Below, piece by piece: positions 19,025 through 29,038 of a stretch of 64,000 nucleotides of DNA; the stretch's first letter is position 1; the number at the start of each line of letters is the position of its first letter. This DNA comes from a virus: the IMG/VR virus record IMGVR_UViG_3300021185_002414, one strand, 5' to 3'. A program made the translations under genes and the position numbers. The notes under the pieces are model-generated. The model saw only the letters and a list, made by a program, of their open reading frames with translations, made no database searches and was not told the origin of the DNA.

Positions 19025-21944
19025 GGTACATAATATAACATTACCTGATGGTACTACAATACCTGTACCTGCATGGGCTACAGAAGATACTATGACACAA
19101 GTTGCTGGATACATGGCAGCGTCTAATAAAGTAGATCAAAAGTTTTTAGGATTAATGAAGGGCTTAGGAGCAGACGTAACTGACCTTCAACGAGAAATAT
19201 CAAGTCTAGTAACTGGTGTAAAAAACACCACTAAAAATGAAACTGCATTAGATGCGGCAGACGCAACGAGCAAAGGCTTTAAAAATATAGCAAACTCTGT
19301 AATGAAAGCAAGTAACTTTTTTGGTGATGCTGAAAAACCAATGACAAGTTTAGTATCAGCAACAGGTACTTTAACAGATGGTCTTAAAGGTCTTGATGAA
19401 GGATTTATTAAAAGACTCATGCCAGAAGGAAGCGCCTTAGGAAAGTTTTTTGGTAAGTTTGGAGGTACATTGGATGTAGCTACAGATGCTGGTCTTGCTT
19501 TGTTAGGTTGGAATGCGGCCAAATTTGAACAGTTTGCAGATGCACAAAAATTAGCATTAGAAGCAGGTGCAATATTCTATAGCAGTGGAGATCAATTTGA
19601 TCAACTTTATAGCCGTAGTATGGATGCAGGCGTATCTTATAATAATATGATGGAAGCTGTAAATCAATTTGGTGGTACATTAACTGGATTAGGTGGAAGT
19701 GTAAGTGCAGGAACGGATAACTTTATACATATGTTTGATAATCTAAACGATATGGCAGACGGGTTTGGTGATTTGGGACTTACTTCTAAAGATATGCTTA
19801 ATCAATACGGACAGTTTTTAGAGTACGCACGTTTAAGTGGTCGTTTAGGAAATGCTACTCTGGATGCAGGTGATAAAATTAACAAATCATTTATTGATTT
19901 AACTATAGAGTCAGCAGGTTTGGCAAACCTTACAGCATTAAGTAAAAGTGAAGCTATGTCAAGACAATTAGCCGCAATGACAGAACCACTAACTGCACTA
20001 GGTAAACAAACTTTACTAAACAACGGATTAACTGCTCAAGCAGCAATGGTAGATACATTTGTAGGTCAATTAGGAATGATTGCACCAGAGGCTCCAGAGT
20101 TTCAAGGAGTGTTAGATGCAATAAGTAGGGAACTCGCAGAAACAAGTGATAATATTGAAACTTTTGATATTGGACGTAGACTTGATGGTAATTTGCGTGG
20201 TGCATTGGATACAGCACTGGGTACTGATTTCATTCCAACAATAAATGAAGCAATTAGAACTGGTAATATGGCTAATGCAGATGCAGAGACATATATTATT
20301 AGATCCTTGGCAAATGTAAATCAAACCAAACTTGCAAGTGCTGGAGCTGCATCAGGAAGTATATTAAGACTAGTACAAGATATACAAGCAAGTGGATTTA
20401 TTATAGAGAAAAACTTTAGTAACTATTTAAAAATGTCAAAATCTGACAGAGAAAAATATAATAAAGAATTTGGCGAAGCAATGGGTGTATCAGGTAAAAG
20501 TGTAGTAATTATGAATAAAGCTACAGAGCAGTTTTACCAATTACAAGATGCTTTAACCTTTCCTATGCAAACCACCGCAGATACTTTTGAATTTATAGCA
20601 GAAGGATTGCAAAAAGGTGCGGCAAAGATTAAAGAGTTTTTTGGACTTTCAAGTGAGGAAGATGATTTTGGGTCAGTTATTAAAGAAGATGGAAACCAAA
20701 CACCATCAGTAGATTCAACAAATCCTATACCAGGAAATGGAAACTCTCCTACACAAAGAGTTCCGGTACCCAACACAAGTACTGTTTTTGATCCTAGTGG
20801 AAATGAAGTAGAAAGCGAAGATATAAACTATACTGAAGATTCAGAACAGACGGCTGAAAATCTAAACAGTTTAAGTGAACATGTAAGAGATAGATTCAAG
20901 GGAACAATATCAGAATTTAATGAAACATATGGAGGTGAAGGATATAGACTATTACTAGCTGAAGGGTACAGATCAGTACAAGACTCTAATGAATTATATA
21001 ATAGTGGAGAAATATCTACACCAGGAGGACAAAGTTATCATAATTATGGTATGGCTGGAGACTTTTTAATATATAAAGACGGAGAGCTAATACAAAACGA
21101 CAATAACAGTGAATACACATTATTATCAGAGATTGCAAATAGGCATGGATTAAATAACCCTGTAAATAACGATACTGGGCATTTTCAACCTAGTGAAATG
21201 CCAGTTGCAGTTCCTGTAGAGTTGTCCACTATAGCAAAAACTAGTAGCGGAAATAGATCTCTAATGGAGCAACAGGCAGTTGAGATGAGTGAAAAAATAT
21301 TAGAAAATGGTAACACTGAGTCTCCTGAACCAGCATCTATTCCAGACAGAACAACAGAAACTGATAATCCAAGTGAACAAAGACGTACAGTAAATTCTGA
21401 CTTTGGCATGAGAGAACTATTAGAAGCAGATAGCGATTTATATGAACAATTAACAGCCGCTTATAATGACCATGTTAAAAATACATTATCAGAACTTGAT
21501 AGAAGAGCTAATCGCGGTGACAAAGCTAGAGCAAGAATGAAAGCTACAAATGAAGTTTATCCATTATTTGCTGATAGAATTAATGAAGCATTGGGTCGAG
21601 AAGCTGTTACAGTAACAAGTAGAAGAATGGGAGGCTCAGTTGGATCTAATAAACCATATGTTGTGGGCGACCAATTAGGAATGGAAAATGCAGAATTATT
21701 TGTACCAGAAGAATCTGGGACAATTGTTAATAATACAGACTTTAAAACTATGCTACAAAATTCAAGTAACTTGACAAATACTGATAATAGTAGTATAATA
21801 GAGGATCTAGAAAAAGAATATGATAATTTATTGCTACAAAAAGCAGAAGCTGTATCTACTGCACTAGCATTGAAAGATACAATAAAACTTATTCACGGTA
21901 CAAAGCATCAAAAAGCACGTATTGATAGAATAAATTCAGCATAA
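19017..21944 (+). CDS. Second tape-measure-like protein with M15-family peptidase domain
   Basis: GYRSVQDSNELY...GGQSYHNYGMAGDF...DTGHFQ (SxHxxGxAxD zinc motif) at ~20.9-21.2 kb; C-terminal RRMGGSV...YVVG...ELFVP tape-measure tail motif. Confidence 0.72.
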   Translation: MAKVHNITLPDGTTIPVPAWATEDTMTQVAGYMAASNKVDQKFLGLMKGLGADVTDLQREISSLVTGVKNTTKNETALDAADATSKGFKNIANSVMKASNFFGDAEKPMTSLVSATGTLTDGLKGLDEGFIKRLMPEGSALGKFFGKFGGTLDVATDAGLALLGWNAAKFEQFADAQKLALEAGAIFYSSGDQFDQLYSRSMDAGVSYNNMMEAVNQFGGTLTGLGGSVSAGTDNFIHMFDNLNDMADGFGDLGLTSKDMLNQYGQFLEYARLSGRLGNATLDAGDKINKSFIDLTIESAGLANLTALSKSEAMSRQLAAMTEPLTALGKQTLLNNGLTAQAAMVDTFVGQLGMIAPEAPEFQGVLDAISRELAETSDNIETFDIGRRLDGNLRGALDTALGTDFIPTINEAIRTGNMANADAETYIIRSLANVNQTKLASAGAASGSILRLVQDIQASGFIIEKNFSNYLKMSKSDREKYNKEFGEAMGVSGKSVVIMNKATEQFYQLQDALTFPMQTTADTFEFIAEGLQKGAAKIKEFFGLSSEEDDFGSVIKEDGNQTPSVDSTNPIPGNGNSPTQRVPVPNTSTVFDPSGNEVESEDINYTEDSEQTAENLNSLSEHVRDRFKGTISEFNETYGGEGYRLLLAEGYRSVQDSNELYNSGEISTPGGQSYHNYGMAGDFLIYKDGELIQNDNNSEYTLLSEIANRHGLNNPVNNDTGHFQPSEMPVAVPVELSTIAKTSSGNRSLMEQQAVEMSEKILENGNTESPEPASIPDRTTETDNPSEQRRTVNSDFGMRELLEADSDLYEQLTAAYNDHVKNTLSELDRRANRGDKARARMKATNEVYPLFADRINEALGREAVTVTSRRMGGSVGSNKPYVVGDQLGMENAELFVPEESGTIVNNTDFKTMLQNSSNLTNTDNSSIIEDLEKEYDNLLLQKAEAVSTALALKDTIKLIHGTKHQKARIDRINSA

Positions 21945-21947
21945 ATA
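21940..21947 (+). promoter_or_regulatory. Late promoter motif CATAAATA upstream of portal
   Basis: nnTAAATA, followed by AAGGA RBS and ATG 21970. Confidence 0.65.
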
Positions 21948-21969
21948 CATATTATTAAAGGACATTAAA

Positions 21970-23634
21970 ATGGCAGGCTGGAAAAAGCATTTTACAAAGT
22001 ATGACGTTAGACCAAACTCTCCTAGCAGTAAGGCTAGTAGATGGAGTAGTTGGTTGCCAGAAGTTTATACAGGTCAACCCAATCGTGTTGAGCGGTATGC
22101 TCAGTACGACCAAATGGATCAAGATAGTGAAATTAATGCTGCATTGGATACTATTGCAGAATTTGCTACACAGTATGATAAAGATTCAAAATTACCCTTT
22201 AAAATTCAGTATAATGATGATGCAACAGAAGCAGAAGTAAATGCACTTGAGACTTCTTTAAGACAATGGTGTAATATTAATAAAATGGATCGCAGAGTAC
22301 ATGGGCTTTTCCGTAATGCAATTAAATATGGTGATCAATTTTTTATCAGGGATCCAGAAACATATAAATTATATTGGGTCAATGTAAGTGATGTAACAAA
22401 AGCAGTTGTAAATGAATCAACTGGTAAAGAAATTGAACAATATATTGTTAAAAATATTAGTCTTAACTTAACAGATATGGTTGTAACTGATACTAAAAAA
22501 ATGGCAAATACAACTGTTGCACCAACCACAGGATATAGCACCCCAAATAATAATACGGCAGGTGTTTATAATGTTGGAGATGCCCAAGGCAGTAATACTG
22601 AAGTTGCAGTAGATGCAACTAATGTTGTACATATTGCATTAAGTGATGGCATGAATGTAGCATGGCCGTTTGGCAAAAGTATACTAGATAGCGTATTTAA
22701 AGTATACAAACAAAAAGAATTATTAGAAGATAGTATTATTATCTATCGTGTACAAAGAGCTCCAGAACGTAGAGTATTTTATGTTGATGTTGGTAACATG
22801 CCTGCACACAAAGCTATGGACTTTGTAGAGCGTACAAAAAACGAAGTACACCAAACACGTATTCCTAATATGACAGGCGGCGGTACAAAAGTTATGGATG
22901 CTGCATATAATCCATTGTCAATTATGGAAGATTACTTTTTTGCACAAACAGCAGAAGGTAGAGGCAGTAAAGTTGAAGTACTACCAGGTGGTGACAACCT
23001 AGGTGAAATTGATGATTTAAAGTACTTTAATAACAAATTAATGCGTGGGCTTCGTATACCAAGTAGCTACCTACCTACGGGTTCGGATGACGGCCAAAGT
23101 GCATATTCAGATGGCAGAGTTGGCACAGCAATGATACAAGAGTTCCGCTTTAGTAAATATTGCGAGCGTTTACAAATGACTATTTTACCTCCACTAGATA
23201 AAGAATTTAAAATGTTTTTAAAATTTAGAGGTGTAGAAGTTACAAGTAGTTTATTTGAACTTAATTTTGCAGAGCCACAGAGCTTTAGCCAATATAGAGA
23301 AATAGAATTAGATAATGCAAAAACAGCATTGTTTAGTAGTATTGAAGGCGTACCATATCTAAGCCGTAAGTTTATACTAAGTAAGTACTTAGGGCTATCA
23401 GAAGACGAACTAATAGAAAACGAGCGTTTATGGCGTGAAGAGAACGGTACAGGTGGTATTGTTTCAGATAGTGTATCAGATTTAGGCTCATTGGGAGTTA
23501 GAGGATCTGATGTTAACAATTTTGAGCCAACGGATGTTGATGCTGAAAATGCTGACGTAACAGGAGAGGATCCAGGTAATGATGCTAGTCCTCTTGGTAA
23601 TGCGTCAGGTGGAGGAGATGATGATGAGATTTAA
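21970..23634 (+). CDS. gp20: Portal protein
   Basis: LEDSIIIYRVQRAPERRVFYVDVGNMP, EDYFF...EGRGSKVEVLPGG, DDLKYF. Confidence 0.95.
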   Translation: MAGWKKHFTKYDVRPNSPSSKASRWSSWLPEVYTGQPNRVERYAQYDQMDQDSEINAALDTIAEFATQYDKDSKLPFKIQYNDDATEAEVNALETSLRQWCNINKMDRRVHGLFRNAIKYGDQFFIRDPETYKLYWVNVSDVTKAVVNESTGKEIEQYIVKNISLNLTDMVVTDTKKMANTTVAPTTGYSTPNNNTAGVYNVGDAQGSNTEVAVDATNVVHIALSDGMNVAWPFGKSILDSVFKVYKQKELLEDSIIIYRVQRAPERRVFYVDVGNMPAHKAMDFVERTKNEVHQTRIPNMTGGGTKVMDAAYNPLSIMEDYFFAQTAEGRGSKVEVLPGGDNLGEIDDLKYFNNKLMRGLRIPSSYLPTGSDDGQSAYSDGRVGTAMIQEFRFSKYCERLQMTILPPLDKEFKMFLKFRGVEVTSSLFELNFAEPQSFSQYREIELDNAKTALFSSIEGVPYLSRKFILSKYLGLSEDELIENERLWREENGTGGIVSDSVSDLGSLGVRGSDVNNFEPTDVDAENADVTGEDPGNDASPLGNASGGGDDDEI

Positions 23635-23818
23635 TGAACTAAGACAAGACGATAAGGAAGATAGATCAGCAAAATGGTCTGTTGATGATACTCGTAGACC
23701 TAGGATTACTTTACGTCATTTAAACAAAATGCGTAATATGAAAGAAATGTCTAAAGTTGAAAATGATGAAAAAATTAAAAATTATCAAGGCATGTACGCA
23801 TCAGCAACAGGCGAATAA
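23624..23818 (+). CDS. Small head-associated protein (prohead core-like)
   Basis: MRFNEL... after GGAGGAG RBS; DTRRPRITLRHLNKMR; lies between portal and scaffold genes. Confidence 0.6.
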   Translation: MRFNELRQDDKEDRSAKWSVDDTRRPRITLRHLNKMRNMKEMSKVENDEKIKNYQGMYASATGE

Positions 23819-23863
23819 CGCATAAAAATAATAAAAATAATAAAAAAATATAAATAATATATT

Positions 23864-23887
23864 ACCGCGGTGAAAACCGCGGTTTTT
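23864..23887 (+). terminator. Hairpin ACCGCGGT-GAAA-ACCGCGGT plus U tract
   Basis: 8-bp GC stem, GNRA loop, T run; sits just after a TATAAATA (23849-56), so it could instead be a 5' leader hairpin. Confidence 0.55.
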
Positions 23888-23964
23888 CTTGTATTATGTA
23901 TTGGTAGTAACCAATATGTATTAAATAGCTATGTTATAACCTTAACCTAAAAAGGAGAGAGAAT

Positions 23965-24843
23965 ATGAGTACTCGTGATCGTTATACTAAGATTATCGAA
24001 AGCCTAGTAAACGGCGAAGAAGCGACAGCTTCAGACCTATTACACGAGGCATTCGTGGAAAAAGCACGTGAAATCTGGAATGACCTTGTTGAAGCAGATG
24101 AGAGCATTGAAGAAGAAGTAGCGGAAGACGAACTAGAAGAAGCTATCGGCGGAGAAGAAGCAGACGACTTCATCGGCGATATTGAAGCTGATGAAGAAGA
24201 AATTGAAGCAGAAGAAATGTTTGGTGAAGAAGACGACGAAATGTCGGATGATGAAGCAGCAGACGAACTTGGCGGAGATGAAATGGACTTCGACGGCGAC
24301 GGCGAAATGGATGACCATGAAGAAGAGCATGGTGAAATCGAAGATAAGATGCAAAGTGTAGAAGATGCACTAACAGATCTTAAAGCAGAATTCGCAAAAC
24401 TAATGGGCGACGAAGCAGAAGAAGAAGCTGAACCAGAAATGGAAGAAGAGTATGCGTTTGAATCAGACGATGCAGACGAAGAAATTGAAGAATCAGCAGA
24501 CGAAGAAGCAGACGACCTAGAAGAAGCATCTGAAGAATCTGAAGAGGAAAACTTGGAAGAAGGCGCAGAGTTAAAGAAAGTTGGCAAAGAGGGTATGCAC
24601 CCAGCAGATATGCCAGCAGGCGATGACGGCAAATCTTCACCAGTTGGCCCAGGCCTAGACGACCCATTTAAAGGTCAAGGCAACAATGATGCAGATCCAG
24701 TGAATTTTGCTGGCGGTGCAGCAGAAAAAGGCGGTTCAACACCAGCAGCAAAAGATATGAATGTAACACACCCAGGTGATGGTGCAAAAATGTCCCCAGA
24801 ATCTCGAGGCCACGGCGCAGAGAAAAAAGGCAAGGCTGAATAA
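23965..24843 (+). CDS. Acidic prohead core/scaffold protein
   Basis: 292 aa, extremely Glu/Asp-rich, between portal and protease. Confidence 0.7.
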   Translation: MSTRDRYTKIIESLVNGEEATASDLLHEAFVEKAREIWNDLVEADESIEEEVAEDELEEAIGGEEADDFIGDIEADEEEIEAEEMFGEEDDEMSDDEAADELGGDEMDFDGDGEMDDHEEEHGEIEDKMQSVEDALTDLKAEFAKLMGDEAEEEAEPEMEEEYAFESDDADEEIEESADEEADDLEEASEESEEENLEEGAELKKVGKEGMHPADMPAGDDGKSSPVGPGLDDPFKGQGNNDADPVNFAGGAAEKGGSTPAAKDMNVTHPGDGAKMSPESRGHGAEKKGKAE

Positions 24844-24845
24844 GA

Positions 24846-25469
24846 ATGCTTAGATTACAAGAACACCTAACATTTGATCAAGCAAGTATCGTAACCGAGG
24901 CCAAAGATGACGGCAACGGCGGTAAAAGCATGTACATGGAAGGAATATTTGTTCAAGGAAATCAAGTAAACCAAAACAAACGTGTGTACCCACAATCAGA
25001 AATTCAAAAAGCTGTTGGAACAATACAGAAAAGAATTGATGACGGGTACACGGTTTTAGGTGAAGCAGATCATCCAGATGATCTGCAAGTCAATTTAGAT
25101 CGAGTATCACACATGATTGAACGCATGTGGATGAATGGTCAAGACGGTTATGGTCGTTTAAAACTTTTACCTACACCAATGGGTAATATATGTATTACAT
25201 TATTAGGCAACGGTGTTAAACTTGGCGTTTCGTCAAGAGGTAGCGGTAATGTCGGAGATGGCGGTAAAGTATCAGATTTTGAAATTCAGACAGTAGATAT
25301 TGTCGCGAATCCATCAGCACCTGATGCGTATCCAGATCCTCTATATGAAACCATTATGAATGGTAGAAGAGGTAACATTTTATTAGACGTTGCTGATGCA
25401 GTAAACCACGACAAAGTAGCTGAAAAATATCTCCAGAAGGAGATACTAAACTTTATTAATAAACTATAG
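24846..25469 (+). CDS. gp21: Prohead protease
   Basis: NQNKRVYP, GEADHP, LDRVSH, GVSSRGSG, DIVANPSAPDA. Confidence 0.95.
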   Translation: MLRLQEHLTFDQASIVTEAKDDGNGGKSMYMEGIFVQGNQVNQNKRVYPQSEIQKAVGTIQKRIDDGYTVLGEADHPDDLQVNLDRVSHMIERMWMNGQDGYGRLKLLPTPMGNICITLLGNGVKLGVSSRGSGNVGDGGKVSDFEIQTVDIVANPSAPDAYPDPLYETIMNGRRGNILLDVADAVNHDKVAEKYLQKEILNFINKL

Positions 25470-25481
25470 GAGAAAGTATTA

Positions 25482-26579
25482 ATGGCTCATGCAATAGAAC
25501 AACTCCTAAGTTCAGAAGTACTATCAGAAGAAGTAAGAACTACTCTTTCTGAAGCATGGAATGCAAAACTAAGCGAAGCACGTGAGGAAATCACTGCTGA
25601 ACTACGTGAAGAATTTTCTGGTCGTTATGAAACAGACAAAGAGCAAATGGTGTCAGCACTAGATGCAATGGTTTCAGAAACAATTAAATCAGAACTTTCA
25701 GAATTTGCAGCTGACAAAAGAGCAGCTGTAGAATCACAAGTAGAATATAAGCGAAAAATTGCACAACATGCAGAACTTTTAGATAAGTTTGTAATGGAAA
25801 CATTACAGCGTGAAATTACAGAGTTACGTGAAGACAGAAAAGCACAAGAAGGAAACTTCGAACAGCTTGAAGACTTTGTAATGGAACAATTAACTACTGA
25901 ACTTAATGAATTCCACCAAGACAAAAAAGACCTTGTAGAGCAAAAGGTAAAACTTGTCAGCGAAGGTAAAGAAATTATTGCCAACGCAAAAGCGGAGTTC
26001 ATCGAAAAAGCTTCTACCAAACTTGCAGGTATTGTTGAATCAACATTATCTACAGAGCTTGGTACATTAAAAGAAGACATTAAACAAGCTAAAGAAAATA
26101 TGTTTGGACGCAAACTGTTCGAAACATTTGCAGCTGAGTTTATGGGTTCTCACTTAGCAGAGGGAACACACATTTCGAAAATTTCCAAAGAGCTTGCAAA
26201 CGTACAAGTTGCGTTAGCAGAATCACAGGAAGAAATTGCAAACAGAGAAGCAAAAATTGATGAAGCAAATAAAGAAGTTCGCCAAATCAAAGAAAGCAGA
26301 GAGCGTGAGGCAGCAATGTCAGAAATGCTTGGAACTCTGTCCAAAGACAAGCGTGAATTAATGGGTAGCCTACTAGAAAGTGTTGCAACAAAAAATCTAA
26401 AATCAGCATTTAACAAGTATCTACCAACTGTACTAAACGAAACAGTTAAAACAGAAACAGCGCAAAAATTAAACGAATCTCAGACGACTGAGGTTACAGG
26501 TAACAAAACCCCAGAACTAGACACATCTAGTGAAGCGGAAATCATTAACCTAAAAAAACTAGCAGGTATCAAATCATAA
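25482..26579 (+). CDS. gp22: Major prohead scaffolding protein
   Basis: Glu/Ala-rich coiled coil between protease and capsid genes. Confidence 0.85.
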   Translation: MAHAIEQLLSSEVLSEEVRTTLSEAWNAKLSEAREEITAELREEFSGRYETDKEQMVSALDAMVSETIKSELSEFAADKRAAVESQVEYKRKIAQHAELLDKFVMETLQREITELREDRKAQEGNFEQLEDFVMEQLTTELNEFHQDKKDLVEQKVKLVSEGKEIIANAKAEFIEKASTKLAGIVESTLSTELGTLKEDIKQAKENMFGRKLFETFAAEFMGSHLAEGTHISKISKELANVQVALAESQEEIANREAKIDEANKEVRQIKESREREAAMSEMLGTLSKDKRELMGSLLESVATKNLKSAFNKYLPTVLNETVKTETAQKLNESQTTEVTGNKTPELDTSSEAEIINLKKLAGIKS

Positions 26580-26592
26580 GGAGTATACCAAT

Positions 26593-27756
26593 ATGTCACA
26601 GAACCTATTTGAAAACTGGGGTGTAACCAAAGAAGCCCTAACAGATGGTCTAACAGGCAACAAAAAAGTTGTAATGGAATCAGTTTTAGAAAACACTAAA
26701 ACATATCTTTCAGAATCAGCAGTTGCAGGTTCAACAATGGCGGGCAACATTGCATCGCTAAACAAAGTAATTCTACCAGTAATCCGCCGCGTAATGCCAA
26801 CGGTTATTGCAAACGAATTAGTTGGCGTTCAGCCAATGACAGGTCCAGTAGGCCAAATTCACACACTAAGAGTACGCTACGGCCAAACAGCCGCTGGTGT
26901 AACAGCAGGTGATGAAGCACTATCACCATTTGCAATTGCAAAAGGTTACTCAGGTAATGCAGCAAACGGCGGTCCAGACGCAACAGCAGCACTAGAAGCA
27001 GAAGCTGGTAGAAAACTATCTATCCAAGTTCTAAAACAAACTGTTGAAGCAAAAACACGTAAGCTATCAGCACGTTGGACATTCGAAGCAGCGCAAGACG
27101 CACAGTCAATGCACGGCTTAGATGTAGAAGCAGAAATTATGCAAGCACTTGCACAAGAAATTACTGCTGAAATCGACCAAGAAGTTCTAACTTCACTAAG
27201 ATCACTAGCAGGCACAGCTACAGACACATACGACCAAGCAGCGGCAACAGGCCAAGCAACATTCGTAGGTGACCAACATGCGGCACTAGCAATCTTAATC
27301 AACAGAGCAGCAAACCTAATCGCGGCAAGAACACGCCGTGGCGCAGGTAACTATGTAGTTGTATCACCAACAGTACTAACAGTACTACAGTCAGCAACAA
27401 CATCAGCATTTGCACGTACAACAGAAGGTCCTTTTGAAGCACCAACAAATACAAAATTCGTAGGTACTTTAAACAACACAATGAGAGTGTTCGTAGACCA
27501 GTATGCAAACGACTCAACACCAGTACTAGTTGGCTATAAAGGCGACGGTGAAATTGATGCGGCAGCGTTCTATTGCCCATACATCCCACTAATGTCATCA
27601 GGCACAGTACTAGATCCGGCAACATTCGAGCCAACAGTGTCATTCATGACACGTTACGGCTATGTAGAGCTAAACAACCAAGCATCATCACTTGGTAATG
27701 CAGCAGACTACCTAGCGAAGATCGGTGTTAACGATTCTAACCTAACATTCCAGTAA
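26593..27756 (+). CDS. gp23: Major capsid protein
   Basis: RRVMPTVIANELVGVQPMTGPVGQIHTLR, AKTRKLSARWT, FYCPYIPL, MTRYG. Confidence 0.97.
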   Translation: MSQNLFENWGVTKEALTDGLTGNKKVVMESVLENTKTYLSESAVAGSTMAGNIASLNKVILPVIRRVMPTVIANELVGVQPMTGPVGQIHTLRVRYGQTAAGVTAGDEALSPFAIAKGYSGNAANGGPDATAALEAEAGRKLSIQVLKQTVEAKTRKLSARWTFEAAQDAQSMHGLDVEAEIMQALAQEITAEIDQEVLTSLRSLAGTATDTYDQAAATGQATFVGDQHAALAILINRAANLIAARTRRGAGNYVVVSPTVLTVLQSATTSAFARTTEGPFEAPTNTKFVGTLNNTMRVFVDQYANDSTPVLVGYKGDGEIDAAAFYCPYIPLMSSGTVLDPATFEPTVSFMTRYGYVELNNQASSLGNAADYLAKIGVNDSNLTFQ

Positions 27757-27780
27757 GTTTTACTGAATTTAAAAAACAAG

Positions 27781-27807
27781 AAAGCAGGGCTTTGGCCCTG
27801 CTTTTTT
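27781..27807 (+). terminator. Intrinsic terminator after major capsid gene
   Basis: AAAGCAGGGC-TTTG-GCCCTGCTTT followed by T run. Confidence 0.9.
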
Positions 27808-27830
27808 ATTGACTGATTTTCTTTTTATGC

Positions 27831-27838
27831 TATAAATA
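27831..27838 (+). promoter_or_regulatory. Late promoter TATAAATA for the accessory island (TTGACT lies 16 nt upstream)
   Basis: Exact late consensus; TTGACT at 27809-14 could make it a dual early/late promoter. Confidence 0.7.
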
Positions 27839-27902
27839 ATTTAGTAACCTAAAGTTACATTTGTGAGCGCCAGGGTAAAGCTGGCAAGCAAAGGAGATAA
27901 TT

Positions 27903-28862
27903 ATGGAACTACTCACAGTATGGATGCTGGTGGGCTTTTTATTTGCAGCCTATGCAGTTATCGCTAATGATTCTGTTCAAACATTGGGAACATGGATCGC
28001 ATCAAACAACGAAAAATTTCATTGGAGAACAATGTGGACAGCCGCTTCGGCTGTTTTATTATATACACTATGGTATGGGTGGTATATGAACGGAGGCGAT
28101 ATTAGTTATGGTCGTCTAAACAAAATTCCCTTTCAGGAAATACAATGGTACCATGCAACAGCACCTGCATTGCTTTTACTTTTAACAAGAATAGGTGTAC
28201 CAGTAAGTACAAGTTTTCTTGTACTAAGTGCATTTGCAAGCACGTTTGTATTAGAAAAAATGCTACTAAAATCAATGATGGGTTATGCAGTAGCCGCAGT
28301 AGCCGCTTATGCAATATGGATTGTAGTAAGTAAACTATTAGATGAAGCAAAGCCAGTTAAAGAAAAACACAAACGCTGGTGGCGCATTGGACAATGGATA
28401 ACAACAGGGTTGTTGTGGTTTACTTGGTTGTCACACGATATGGCAAATATTGCTGTATTTTTACCACGTCAAATTCCTTGGGATTTAATGGTATTAGTAA
28501 GTTTAATATTTGTTGGCGGACTTTATTTTATGTTTCGCGAAGGTGGAGGCAAAATACAAAATATTGTCATTGAAAAACACAATACAAGATATGTAAGAAG
28601 TGCTACAATAATTGATTTAGTATATTGGTTAATACTTTGGTTCTTTAAAGAGCTAAACGACATTCCAATGTCAACAACATGGGTGTTTGTAGGTTTACTA
28701 TGTGGTAGAGAACTAGCAATGGCAACAATGACAGGCAAGCACAAGTTTAAAACAGTGTTTCCACTTGTTACACGTGACTTCTTTAAAATGATGATTGGAC
28801 TAGCCGCATCAGTTGGCGTAGTATTAATGATTCATTACGTCATAATACCAAACGGATTGTAA
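27903..28862 (+). CDS. Polytopic membrane protein, PiT/PHO4-like anion (phosphate/sulfate) permease
   Basis: About 9-10 hydrophobic segments; inverted-repeat motifs IANDSVQTLG / SHDMANIA and PVSTS / PMSTT like PiT signatures. Confidence 0.6.
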   Translation: MELLTVWMLVGFLFAAYAVIANDSVQTLGTWIASNNEKFHWRTMWTAASAVLLYTLWYGWYMNGGDISYGRLNKIPFQEIQWYHATAPALLLLLTRIGVPVSTSFLVLSAFASTFVLEKMLLKSMMGYAVAAVAAYAIWIVVSKLLDEAKPVKEKHKRWWRIGQWITTGLLWFTWLSHDMANIAVFLPRQIPWDLMVLVSLIFVGGLYFMFREGGGKIQNIVIEKHNTRYVRSATIIDLVYWLILWFFKELNDIPMSTTWVFVGLLCGRELAMATMTGKHKFKTVFPLVTRDFFKMMIGLAASVGVVLMIHYVIIPNGL

Positions 28863-28865
28863 TAG

Positions 28866-29038
28866 GATAAATAAAACTGTAGCACAGAGTTGTGCTACAG
28901 CATCGAAGATGTATCGCACTGGTATAACAGAGCTGTTATATGACTGAGTGCGATTCATTTATTTACCTGATAAGTAATAAATGATTTTTTCAAGATTCAC
29001 ATAAGTGAATTATATTTAAGTCAAATGGAGAATTAATC
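28866..29038 (+). promoter_or_regulatory. Late promoter motif GATAAATA plus multi-stem 5' leader
   Basis: Stems 28877-86/28891-900 (10 bp perfect), 28913-20/28947-54 enclosing 28923-29/28934-40, 28956-66/28974-83, 28995-29000/29005-10. Confidence 0.55.

Noticed and set aside
23821-23850. ATAAAAATA low-complexity repeat
   Set aside because: Short AT-rich spacer before a promoter; no evidence of a separate function.
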